Assembly: GCA_002269645.1 (NCBI GenBank)
Contig: NIVC01000280.1
Coordinates: forward strand, 372,001-436,000
Source: Macrostomum lignano
Taxonomy: Eukaryota
Direction of reading: 5' to 3'
Length of the DNA stretch: 64,000 bases
Within the stretch, counting starts at the first letter, position 1, and the number at the start of each line of letters is the position of its first letter. This document shows, one piece after another, positions 13,499-25,220 of the stretch. The notes beneath the pieces were generated by a model. That model saw only the letters and a program-made list of their open reading frames with translations. It was not told the DNA's origin and did not search any database. The position numbers and the translations under genes were made by a program.

Positions 13499-14170
13499 CT
13501 ATAGAGCTGAGGTGCTATGGCTTACACTGCTGTAGAGCTGAGGTGCTATGGCTTACACTGCTGTAGAGCTGAGGTGCCATGGCTTACAGTGCTTTACATG
13601 TAGATCTGAGGTGCTATGGCTTACAGTGCTTTACATGTAGATCTGAGGTGCTATGGCTTACAGTGCTTTACATGTAGCTGAGGTGCTATGGCTTACAGTG
13701 CTTTATATGTAGAACTGAGGTGCTATGGCTTACAATGCTTTATATGTAGAGCTGAGATGCCATGGCTTACAGTGCTTTACATGTAGAACTGAGGTGTTAT
13801 GGCTTACAGTGCTTTACATGTAGAACTGAGGTGCTATGGCTTGCAGTGCTTTACATGTAGCTGAGGTGCTATGGCTTACAATGCTTATGTAGAGCTGAGA
13901 TGCCATGGCTTACAATGCTTTACATGTAGAGCTGAGATGCCATGGCTTACAGTGTTTTACATGTAGAACTGAGGTGCCATGGCTTGCAGTGCTTTACATG
14001 TAGCTGAGGTGCCATGGCTTGCAGTGCTTTACATGTAGAACTGAGGTGCCATGGCTTGCAGTGCTTTACATGTAGCTGAGGTGCCATGGCTTGCAGTGCT
14101 TTACATGTAGCTGAGGTGCCATGGCTTGCAGTGCTTTACATGTAGAACTGAGGTGCCATGGCTTGCAGTG
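13499..14170. repeat. 35-37-bp minisatellite (CTGAGGTGCTATGGCTTACAGTGCTTTACATGTAG core)
   Basis: Direct; first units shorter (about 30 bp). Confidence 0.95.
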
Positions 14171-15386
14171 CCACCGACTCAACACACTTAAACGAGTGGA
14201 GCTGTACTAGTAGAAACAAATGGGAAGTCTAAAAGTTTCGATGCCAAATTTGTTTCAAAACTTGCCACAGGCTTCGATGCCGACTTTGAGAGCGCAAAGG
14301 GTATCCAGTTCCTGTTGTCACAAACTTTCTGCTTTTGCGTCAGTCGGCAGAAATTCCTGTTCTAAACCGTCTCCTGTTAAGTGCGCAAGCATTTTTGTCT
14401 CGGTCTGTTGCTGGCGATGACTTTCCTTTTCGCAGCAGTTCGTGCCGGCGCAGATAAAAGTTTTGCTTTCATGCAGCCAAGTGACTGATAGAGGGGCCAG
14501 ACAGAATGTGTCCGGGACGCCACTCCGGACACCGGCTGAAGCATTCTGCGAAATTAGTTTGCAGTGCTCCGACAGGCCTATTTTTAGCCGTCGCGGGGGC
14601 AGAGTTCGCTATTATGCTTACCACGCGCTCGTCCAGCTAAAAGCATTTTACCCTCTTCCAAGTTTTTAGCTTACTGGGACCTCATCCAAGTAACTACTAA
14701 ACCCGAGAGACAGGGAGACACGCGGGAGGAGGCTGACTCCCCTTACACAGCCATTACTCAGACAGCTTTGCTACACACTTCGCTCCAATAGTGCAGCCAT
14801 CGAACCGAAGACAGAAGCGCCTTGTAGCATTTGGTCAGATCGGTCAGCTATTTTATTCCCACTTCAGCAATTGTGGCCGGTGCGACGGCCTTGTTGCACA
14901 AAAGACCCCACAGAGCTGCGACCTCCCCTAGCTTTATTGCCTCATCCCCAGCGGTGCACTTCTACCGTAATTAATCGCCAGTCGCTGCAGATGAAGTCGC
15001 TACTGCCTTTGCTTACACCCGACCCGCCTATCTGTCTGCTGGAGTCGAGGATTTTTGCGGATACACAAGAATAGCATAAACAACCCCGAGGCTTGCGAAG
15101 CATGCAGGCTTCATACGGCACATGGCGTCTTTTGTATGAACAAGCGTGCGTCATACTTAGTGCAGCAGTAATATACTTGTATAGTGCGATTAACCAAGCT
15201 CACGAAATGCCAGCTGTACTGATTATAGGCACCGTCCGTCTGATAAAACTCCCGAGCTCCATCATTCCCGGCCATAGGTATCAAAATGAGGCATGTTTTC
15301 TAAGAAATAACAAAGATCTTCGGGTCTTAGTTCGTTTGAAAAATCAATTAAAAATGAACTGAAAAATGGTCTAGGCCGCCGTTCAG

Positions 15387-16819
15387 TCAGATGTTGTCTT
15401 GCGACCCACGACTTTGAGAAAAGTCGCGCTTCATCCTGGCCAGAGCGGCGAGAAACTGGTTTCGCCTGGCGCAGACGTCGGCCAGCGACTCTGGCGGCAT
15501 GAGAGTGTTCATCTGGGCCGCCACCCGGTCCACCTCCTCGCCCTGGTAGGTCGGCGTCGGGCCGAACGTGGCCGAGACGCGGGCGACTCCGGAGCCGAAG
15601 CGCTGGCAGTAGTCCCGGATGCCGCTAGCGTTGGTCTGCATCACGGCGAGGGGGCCGAGGAAGCAGTAGCGAGGGGCCAGGCCGCAGGTCATCACCTATG
15701 ATCGGATGTTGGCAGGGGGACGTTTGGAATACAAGTGTGCTTTGTGGGCAGCTGTAAGTGTGTTAGGGGTGGCATGGTCGAAGTCTGAGTTCGGTTGTCG
15801 CGTTGTGGCTTTTAAACACCCAACTTTTGCGCTTTTAGTCGGTGTCGATCAGTTGCTCGGTATTCGAATTCTCGTTGTTCCTTTATTGGATTTTGTCACT
15901 TTTAACCAGCTCCCAATGCTAAATATGATTCGTCTTACAAGGAGTGCTTCCCTGCTGGAATCTTTGGGCTCCACATTCTGCATTTGTCTTCAAAGCTTAA
16001 CACCTAATTTCTCGCATAAATTTCAAGTGTCATTGTATAGCAAATCCAATACCAATCCCTTGGGCTACGTACCAAGTTCAGTCTAATAAGTACAACGAGG
16101 TCTTCCTTTCACCAAAGCATTACAGAAGTACATCACAGAGCGGTAGACTCAGCACTCGCCTTGTCCACATCCTCGGCGCTCATCGCCCCGCTGGTAACGA
16201 GTCTCCAAGCCTCGTTGATGATGGCGTACTGCAGTCGATTGACCGCGAATCCGTCAATTTCATAGTTGATGACGATCGGCTCCTGGCCCAGCTTTACAAG
16301 CGTCTCCTTCACGGTTTGCACAGCCGCCGGGTCGGTGAAGGGCGACGGCACGAGCTCCACCAGTGACAGGAAGTAGGGCGGATTCACCGGGTGTGCCACC
16401 AGGCACCGGGCCCGACCCGGCAGTTCACTGGTGAACTCAGAGGGCATGATGCAGCTGGTGGACGAGCACAGGAAAGCCTCGGCCGGAGCTTTGGCGTCAA
16501 GCAGCCTGAAGACGTCGCGTTTCACCTGGACGTCCTCGAAGACGCACTCCTGCACGAGGAAGGCACCATCCAGAGCCTCATCGAGGGAACCAGGCGCCGA
16601 GATCAGCTGCTGCTGCTGCTCAGCAGACAGACAGCCGCGCAGATGACCTTTGGCTGACAGGTCTCTCAACTGGCTGTCGATCTGCTGGAGAGCCCGCGCC
16701 GCCTGGCCCTCCTTGGCGTCATGCAGTGCAACTTGGAAGCCGGCAGCCGCGAACAGCATGGCCCACTGGCAGCCCACCAGGCCGCTTCCGAAGATCGTCA
16801 CCTTGCGTGTCTCGGACAT
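15387..16819 (-). CDS. CRYL1: Lambda-crystallin homolog / L-gulonate 3-dehydrogenase, about 322 aa
   Basis: Exons 16819-16160 and 15695-15387; Rossmann GSGLVG, VQECVFED, LCSSTSC, AHPVNPPY, GFAVNRLQYA, then VMTCGLAPRYCFLGP after a phase-0 GC-AG intron. Confidence 0.92.
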
Positions 16820-17904
16820 TCCGGCCAGAAATGACAAAATAGAAACTGACACAGCTCGCAACGTTCTTGGCTGAAGCAGCTTGTTTCAGTTGTTGTGTGA
16901 GTGCGTGTCACAGAACGCTTATGACTTATCTACCTGGCTGGCCAAAGTTAAGGCCCGCGCAACGGGGTATCAAAGTTACTACCAGCTGATAAGCTTTCCG
17001 GCTTTTTACTTACTTTGCAGCTGACGTGGCAGTTCTGCGTCAGCCCGCGGCCAGAGCAAGGTCGGGACGGGCGAACCGCCAGGCTGACTGCATAGAGGGC
17101 ATCTTGAGAATTTCATTGCCAAGTTAAACTCACACTTTATTTGCTGCATGATTGTGACATTTGCTTCTGCAATCGGCCGGCTGAGTTTCTAGCACAGTTT
17201 AGAACTACCATAAGCCGCAATTTCTACTCAATAGTAGGCAATTTAGACACAAAGAAATATACCAGAATTAATTAGAATAAAAACTAATTTGCCGGCCGAA
17301 AACGAAGTCTGCGGCAGAAAATCGCTGCTCCAAGCAATCTCAATATTATTCTAACTTGAGCAGAGAGCTCGGGAAGAGAAACAAACAAACTTAGTTTTAT
17401 GCGCGAGCTCCCGCTGTGATAATTCTCAGATACAAAGGATTTAGCGCTGGCCTCTGGGCTTGATGAAGCCGCTGCTTTCGGGGCTTCGCGGGAAATGCAG
17501 GAGAGCAAAAGCCCTAGAGAGTTCTAGTCCTCAGCTTTGCGAAGATTAGGGAAGCCTGCTTCTTAAAGGAACTGTACAAATTTTTTATGATGGAAGTTTT
17601 GGGAAATAATTTCGATAACATGTTGTTATTGCTGAATTACTGACATGGATCACTAAAAGTTTTTTCTGCAACCCCGTCGAGATTTAGAGGCGCTTTAAGT
17701 ATTTATTCCCAGCTGGCAGGTCGCACAGCATCCGCTCCGAATCGTACTGCACACAGTCGGTGCAGGAGGTGCTGCCGCTGACGCTAAGCGCTCCCGCCCT
17801 AGCCCGGAGGCACCATGTGACGCAGTTCATAAATTTTTGTTTTTTTAGAATGATTTTGCCCTGAGACTGTCTCCCAGCTTCCATGCAAGACATTGATGAA
17901 GCTT

Positions 17905-18186
17905 GGGTGGCCGTAGCCCAGTGGTCTAGCGCTTGGCACTCGATGTGCCAGCGGCCCAGGCTCGATTCTACGTGCAGTCAACCCAAGTCACAGTGAAGTG
18001 TACATGTTTAACGATAAGTACGTCGTAAATTTAGGGCCGCTGTACCTACCCTCTTGTACATCCGCGCGCTTGTGTGCCTACTCAGGGGAGTCGGCGGAAC
18101 GGGCAGTAATGCCTCTCGCCGGTTGTGACAATGTCGCTTAAAGTGCGCCAGGGTGCACGCAGGCTCCTACCTCGATAAACAAAATC
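17905..18186 (+). mobile_element. tRNA-derived SINE (about 280 bp)
   Basis: Head with A box TAGCCCAGTGG, anticodon-like stem TGGCA/TGCCA, B-box-like GGCTCGATTC; A-rich tail; flanked by GATGAAGCTT (17895-17904) and GATGAAAGCTT (18187-18197). Confidence 0.68.
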
Positions 18187-18790
18187 GATGAAAGCTTCTA
18201 CAAGCCTGAGGCATTTTAGCCGCAAGGCATTTTGCTTGATAGATGAGCATGGCAGTTAGTAGGACGAGTCCGAATCTGCCCCGGAATCTCAAGTACCTCC
18301 TCCACCGAGTTAACAGGAGTTACCTTCCTGCCAGGTCAGCTCCTTTATTCCCAGCTTGTTTTGTTCAAAGTCAAAGTACGAGGCTATCGTGTCACAAGCC
18401 TTCATTCATCAAGCTAATTAAGGCAGAGCAAGTCCAGCAGCCCGAGGGCGCTGCTTCATCAACTATGAGTACTAGAATCATTGAAGCATTGAAGCAGCCA
18501 TTCATTCTTGCATCCTTGTGCCCACAACGACCCAAACTGAGCAACTGAGTAATGGGACATAAACTCATTTTTGAAGACTTCTCCAAAGTATTGTTTTGTT
18601 GACCTTTTTGAATTTGAATAATTAATAATCCAACTCATTTCGGGGACACTAATTGAGTTTTCATGCCTTTTTTGTAGTGCTGGGCTAAATTCTTATTTCG
18701 ATTCTAACTTTCCACGTCTGTTATATCACTGAGTTCGATTGCTTTCTTACTGTCATAAATTTTTCATGCATATTATCCATGAGAGTTGTC

Positions 18791-18990
18791 AATTCCCCTT
18801 GAGCATTGGCATCTGGGCAATTCCCCTTGAGCATTGGCATCTGAGCAATTCCCCCTGAGCATTGGGATCTGGGCGATTCCATTTGAGCATTGGCATCTGA
18901 GCTATTCCCTTTGAGCATTGGGATCTGGGCGATTCCATTTGAGCATTGGCATCTGAGCAATTCCCCCTGAGCATTGGCATCTGAGCTATT
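18791..18990. repeat. Degenerate 28-bp minisatellite, inverted relative of the array at 1-714
   Basis: Reverse-complement unit AAGGGGAATTGCTCAGATGCCAATGCTC versus AAGGGGAGTTGCTGAGATGCCAAGCTTC. Confidence 0.85.
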
Positions 18991-19591
18991 CCTCTTGAGC
19001 ATCGCCATTCACCGCTATCCAAAGCGATATCATTGGCTATTCGAAAGTGAACCTTGAACAGCGGAACTTTCTCCAGTGCTTGTCCACTTTCCGATGAAGC
19101 TGAGATAGCACCACAATGGACAAGGAGTTGCTATGGAGCCTCACCAATGCTAGGCTAAAGACTAAGTTAACTACAATGCCAAACACGAGTAGTATTGTAC
19201 CATCTGATAAGAAGAGATCGCCATTAACCATTAGCTTCCCGGGATTAGTCATTGTCTGACAATATCGAAATCAATAAAGAAATCGCAGGAGCCCACAGAG
19301 CTCATATTGCTGTATAGTTCATAATAGGCTATGAGGAAGCGGACTGCACTGTAGCACCGCTATTCCAGCCGCACAGAGATGGAGGAGGGTGGGACACAGA
19401 AAATCGAATTATTCGAGCATCCGCCTGCGTCTCGTTACGCGCGAGTGATCTGATTAAACACGACAGGACAGGGATTGCCTGCAAGAGGGATGAGATAAGA
19501 GAAGGTTAGATGATGGAACAGGGGATAACGAAGCTAGAGGTTGCTATCCAATGAGTTTTAATGACGATTTCTTTAGTCCCTTGATGCTGGC

Positions 19592-20658
19592 GCCTCTTGG
19601 TGCTAAAGCCTCTTGGTGCTAAAGCCCCTTGGTGCTAAAGCCCCTTGGTGCTAAAGCCCCTTGGTGCTAAAGCCCCTTGGTGCTAAAGCCCCTTGGTGCT
19701 AAAGCCCCTTGGTGCTAAAGCCCCTTGGTGCTAAAGCCCCTTGGTGCTAAAGCCCCTTGGTGCTAAAGCCCCTTGGTGCTAAAGCCCCTTGGTGCTAAAG
19801 CCCCTTGGTGCTAAAGCCCCTTGGTGCTAAAGCCCCTTGGTGCTAAAGCCCCTTGGTGCTAAAGCCCCTTGGTGCTAAAGCCCCTTGGTGCTAAAGCCCC
19901 TTGGTGCTAAAGCCCCTTGGTGCTAAAGCCCCTTGATGCTAAAGCCTCTTGATGCTAAAGCCCCTTGGTGCTAAAGCCCCTTGGTGCTAAAGCCTCTTGA
20001 TGCTAAAGCCTCTTGATGCTAAAGCCCCTTGGTGCTAAAGCCCCTTGGTGCTAAAGCCTCTTGATGCTAAAGCCTCTTGATGCTAAAGCCCCTTGGTGCT
20101 AAAGCCCCTTGGTGCTAAAGCCTCTTGATGCTAAAGCCTCTTGATGCTAAAGCCCCTTGGTGCTAAAGCCCCTTGGTGCTAAAGCCCCTTGGTGCTAAAG
20201 CCCCTTGGTGCTAAAGCCCCTTGGTGCTAAAGCCCCTTGGTGCTAAAGCCCCTTGGTGCTAAAGCCCCTTGGTGCTAAAGCCCCTTGGTGCTAAAGCCCC
20301 TTGGTGCTAAAGCCCCTTGGTGCTAAAGCCCCTTGGTGCTAAAGCCCCTTGGTGCTAAAGCCCCTTGGTGCTAAAGCCCCTTGATGCTAAAGCCTCTTGA
20401 TGCTAAAGCCCCTTGGTGCTAAAGCCCCTTGGTGCTAAAGCCTCTTGATGCTAAAGCCTCTTGATGCTAAAGCCCCTTGGTGCTAAAGCCCCTTGGTGCT
20501 AAAGCCTCTTGATGCTAAAGCCTCTTGATGCTAAAGCCCCTTGGTGCTAAAGCCCCTTGGTGCTAAAGCCTCTTGATGCTAAAGCCTCTTGATGCTAAAG
20601 CCCCTTGGTGCTAAAGCCCCTTGGTGCTAAAGCCCCTTGGTGCTAAAGCCCCTTGGTG
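19592..20658. repeat. 16-bp minisatellite (GGTGCTAAAGCCCCTT)n with GATGCTAAAGCCTCTT variants
   Basis: Direct. Confidence 0.98.
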
Positions 20659-21210
20659 CGGCAGTGCTAAAGTCCCTGTGACATAACAAACGTGCGCCAC
20701 ACACGGTTGAAGTTCGCCCTTCCAGCGGGCAGCTGGCAACTGCATTGTAAGCCGCAAATTCCAGCAATAAACTTGATTTCCTTACTTAAACCTTTCCTTC
20801 TCAGGTTTTCAATTTTTCATTATAAGCCGCTTTAAAGTAAAGATGAAAAGATGAGTGGCTGAAAGTAGGGGGGGGGGAAGAAGAGGCATCAGAGGCATTA
20901 TTAAAAGTACTTTTGCCAGCCCTCTCTCGCATAGTCGGCTTAGTTCATAAATTTTCCCCGCTCCGATGGTTTCTTGAGCCCGGCGGAGTTTCGGATTGGG
21001 AAGCTGAGGAGGTGGTGACCTTGAAATTCCCCTTTGAAATTCATTCTGCATCCACCGTTCGGGACTGGCGAGGGCTGGGGCGCGAGCCAATCAGCTGTCG
21101 AGTCCAGCAATTCAGGCGCATTACTGTATAGTACCGATATATCACCGCAGCTATACCCGTAGTGCTTGAGTCCCCACATGCTTGAATTAATTTCTAGTCA
21201 GACAAACCGC

Positions 21211-23117
21211 ATGGCTTCCAGTCAGCTGGTCCGCGCTCTCGGTCGGCGCCGTCTGCACGGCGTGCCGGACCTGCCGCAGAACCGGGTGGCCATCCTGGGC
21301 GCCTGCGGAGCTGTCGGCCAACCGCTGGCCCTCATGCTGAAGCGGTCGGCATTCGTGTCCGAGCTGGCTCTCTACGATACGCTGGACACCCGAGGCCTGT
21401 GCGCCGACCTAGGCCACATCGCCACCAAGGCCCGCGTCAGCAGCTATCAGGGCGGGCGGCAGCAGCTGGCCGACTGTCTGCGCCACTGCAGCCTGGTGGT
21501 GATGCTTGCCGGCCGGCCCAGGCAGCTCGGCATGCAGCTGTCCGATCTGTTCGAACAGAACGCCGGCACAGTGGCCGAGCTGACCTCAGCGGTGGCCCGG
21601 CACTGCCCGGAGGCGCTGCTCTGCCTGCTCACCAGCCCGCTGAATAGCAGTGTGCCTCTGGCTGCTGAGGTCCTGCGGCGCTACGGGGTGTACAATCCGC
21701 GCCGGCTGTTCGGTGTCACGGCCATCAACTCGGTTCGGGCCAACATTCTCATGGCTCAGAAGACAGGTGAGTGTTGCGTCGTGTCAGTGTCTGCATCAGC
21801 TGATTGCAAACTGTCCACCGATCCAACACCCCTGTGCACCGATCCAATACCCCTGTGCACCGATCCAATACCCCTGTGCACCGATCCAATACCACTGTGC
21901 ACCGATCCAACACCCCTGTGCACCGATCCAATACCCCTGTGCACCGATCCAATACCCCTGTGCACCGATCCAAAACCCCTGTGCACCGATCCAACACCCC
22001 TGTGCACCGATCCAACACCCCTGTGCACCGATCCAATACCCCTGTGCACCGATCCAACACCACTTTGCACCGATCCAATACCCCTGTGCACCGATCCAAT
22101 ACCCCTGTGCACAGATCCAACACCACTTTGCACCGATCCAACACCCCTGTGCACCGATCCAATACCCCTGTGCACAGATCCAACACCCCTGTGCACCGAT
22201 CCAACACCCCTGTGCACCGATCCAACACCACTTGCACCGATCCAACACCCCTGTGCACCGATCCAATACCCCTGTGCACAGATCAAACACCCCTGTGCAC
22301 CGATCCAATACCCCTGTGCACAGATCCAACACCCCTGTGCACCGATCCAATACCCCTGTGCACAGATCCAACACCCCTGTGCACCGATCCAACACCACTT
22401 GCACCGATCCAATACCCCTGTGCACAGATCCAACACCCCTGTGCACCGATTCAACACCACTTGCACCGATCCAATACCCCTGTGCACCGATTCAACACCA
22501 CTTGCACCGATCCAATACCCCTGTGCACAGATCCAACACCCCTGTGCACCGATCCAACACCACTTGCACCGATTCAACACCTCTGTGCACCGATCCAAAA
22601 CCCCTGTGCACCGATCCAACACCACTCTGCACCGATCGCAGGCGCACCGTTGGACCAAGTCAGCGTGCCGGTGGTCGGCGGCCACAGCAGCTCGACTCTG
22701 GTGCCGGTGCTGAGCCGTGCGGAGCCGCACTGCCGCCTGCCAGCCAGCGAGCTGCTTGCCATGACGCGGGCTGTCCGCGGCGCAGCTGACACCGTGCTGC
22801 AAGCCAAGGCCGGCGCCGGCTCCGCCTCGTTGTCCGTGGCGGCCGCGGCCCACGGCTTCCTGCACTCGCTGCTGTGTGCCATGGACGGCAGGCAGAATGT
22901 TGTCGAGTCCGCCTACGTTGAGTCGGACTCGACGGACGGACCGGCGTTCTGCTCAAACCCGCTGCTGCTCGGCCAGGAGGGAGTCGAGCAGAACCTGGGC
23001 GTCGGCCGGCTGTCCGAGTCGGAGGCGCAGCTGCTGAGCGAGGCGGCTCAGGAGCTCGGCGAGCAGATCGACCAGGGCAGGCGGTTCGCTCGAGCCTGGA
23101 AGCCGTCGGCTGAGTGA
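21211..23117 (+). CDS. Mitochondrial-type malate dehydrogenase paralog (divergent), about 343 aa
   Basis: Exons 21211-21766 and 22642-23117, phase-1 intron; N-terminal Arg-rich transit-like peptide, VAILGACGAVGQPL, VPVVGGHS, AGAGSASLS; several catalytic positions substituted. Confidence 0.9.
21817..22637. repeat. 21-bp minisatellite (GCACCGATCCAATACCCCTGT)n filling the MDH intron
   Basis: Direct. Confidence 0.97.
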
Positions 23118-23175
23118 GAATCAATGGAAGGACTTCGATTGTTGGCTTACAGAGTGTCAAATAAAGATCTTTGCG

Positions 23176-24362
23176 CCCCCGACAACACCCACTGTGACAC
23201 CCCCGACAACACCCACTGTGACACCCCCCGACAACACCCACTGTAGCACCCCGACAACACCCACTGTGATACCCCCGACAACACCCACTGTGACACCCCC
23301 GACAACACCCACTGTAGCACCCCGACAACACCCACTGTAGCTCCACTGACAACACCCACTGTAGCTCCACTGACAACACCCACTGTAGCTCCACTGACAA
23401 CACCCACTGTAGCTCCACTGACAACACCCACTGTAGCTCCACTGACAACACACACTGTAGCTCCACTGACAACACCCACTGTAGCTCCACTGACACCACC
23501 CACTGTAGCTCCACTGACAACACCCACTGTAGCTCCACTGACAACACCCACTGTAGCTCCACTGACAACACCCACTGTAGCTCCACTGACAACACCCACT
23601 GTAGCTCCACTGACAACACCCACTGTAGCTCCACTGACAACACCCACTGTAGCTCCACTGACAACACCCACTGTAGCTCCACTGACAACACCCACTGTAG
23701 CTCCACTGACAACACCCACTGTAGCTCCACTGACAACACCCACTGTAGCTCCACTGACAACACCCACTGTAGCTCCACTGACAACACCCACTGTAGCTCC
23801 TCGACAACACCCACTGTAGCTCTACTGACAACACCCACTGTAGCTCCACTGACAACACCCACTGTAGCTCCACTGACAACACCCACTGTAGCTCCTCGAC
23901 AACACCCACTGTAGCTCCACTGACAACACCCACTGTAGCTCCACTGACAACACCCACTGTAGCTCCACTGACAACACCCACTGTAGCTCCACTGACAACA
24001 CCCACTGTAGCTCCACTGACAACACCCACTGTAGCTCCATTGACAACACCCACTGTAGCTCCACTGACAACACCCACTGTAGCTCCACTGACAACACCCA
24101 CTGTGACACCCCCGACAACACCCACTGACAACACCCACTGTAGCAACACCCACTGTAGCTCCACTGACAACACCCACTGTAGCAACACCCACTGTAGCTC
24201 CACTGACAACACCCACTGTAGCTCCACTGACAACACACACTGTAGCTCCACTGACAACACCCACTGTAGCTCCACTGACAACACCCACTGTAGCTCCACT
24301 GACAACACCCACTGTAGCTCCACTGACAACACCCACTGTAGCTCCACTGACAACACCCACAA
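23176..24362. repeat. 24-bp minisatellite (GACAACACCCACTGTAGCTCCACT)n
   Basis: Direct; starts about 60 nt after the MDH stop. Confidence 0.97.
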
Positions 24363-25220
24363 TGGCACCCCTGACAACGCTGGCGATAATATGATCTCAC
24401 GCGCTCTCGCTGACTAATTTAATACACTGGTATCAGGTACTCATCATGTAGTCCACATATCATGGCAAGCAAGGGCGTTGTAAATACAATCCAGCACTTT
24501 CACTAGCTTCATGTATTTATGCTCGTATTAACTTGTACTAACCGTAGCATGGACCTGCGCACTCAGGCCTTCACCTATACAACGTGATTCCCTTTTGCTT
24601 GTTGCCAGTTATTTGTGTCAATAACGAAACGCATCACTAGTCCTAGTCCAAGTGATGCCGCACTGTACATGCCTTACTGCAGTGTCCTTGAAATGGCACA
24701 ACATGGCTGAAAACCCCAATCTAGCAGTATGCTGTATAATTTGTTATTAAACCTAGCTTTTTAGCTTGTACTTTTATCTTAATGTCGGTAAAGTTTCGAA
24801 CTAGGCCGCATTCAAAATAAGGCATGAAATCCAACGACAAGCCTTCAGTTGAGGGGCCTGTTTATGGCTCTTATCTATTCACCGTAGTTGAGTCCATTGT
24901 GCACAAGCAGTAGTAGCTCATTGAATCCTGTACTTCACGCACACTGTTCATCGTCTTAAACAAAGTAGCAAAATACTTTTATGAGCTTTTTTGACGCGAT
25001 AGAGATTTAAAATAACAAGAATAAACTTGTACTTGCCTACTAGCAGTAGCATCTTGGACTTTTTAGCTGCATCAGTTCGCCTTTCCAACATTTATATTTG
25101 ATTTATTATACCTGATGCGTGAGGCATTGTACGTTGGTGCAAGTAATATGTGTGAATGTTCAATGCAAAAAATACTTGAAGGATATCTCGCAGCTCCTAA
25201 AAAAGGTGCTTGGTACGTCC

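Noticed and set aside
17905-17984. Functional tRNA gene
   Set aside because: Acceptor and T stems imperfect, B box degenerate, pyrimidine at position 37, no T-run terminator; better explained as a SINE head
19037-19252. GPCR TM1-like ORF (GTILLVFGIVVNLVFSLALV)
   Set aside because: Only one hydrophobic segment, no downstream TM exons identified
21650-24417. Long repetitive ORFs (CTDPTPL, GVVSGATV, CCQWSYSG) as Cys-rich or mucin-like proteins
   Set aside because: Units of 21 and 24 bp lack stops in several frames on both strands; the first array lies in a GT-AG intron whose removal restores MDH
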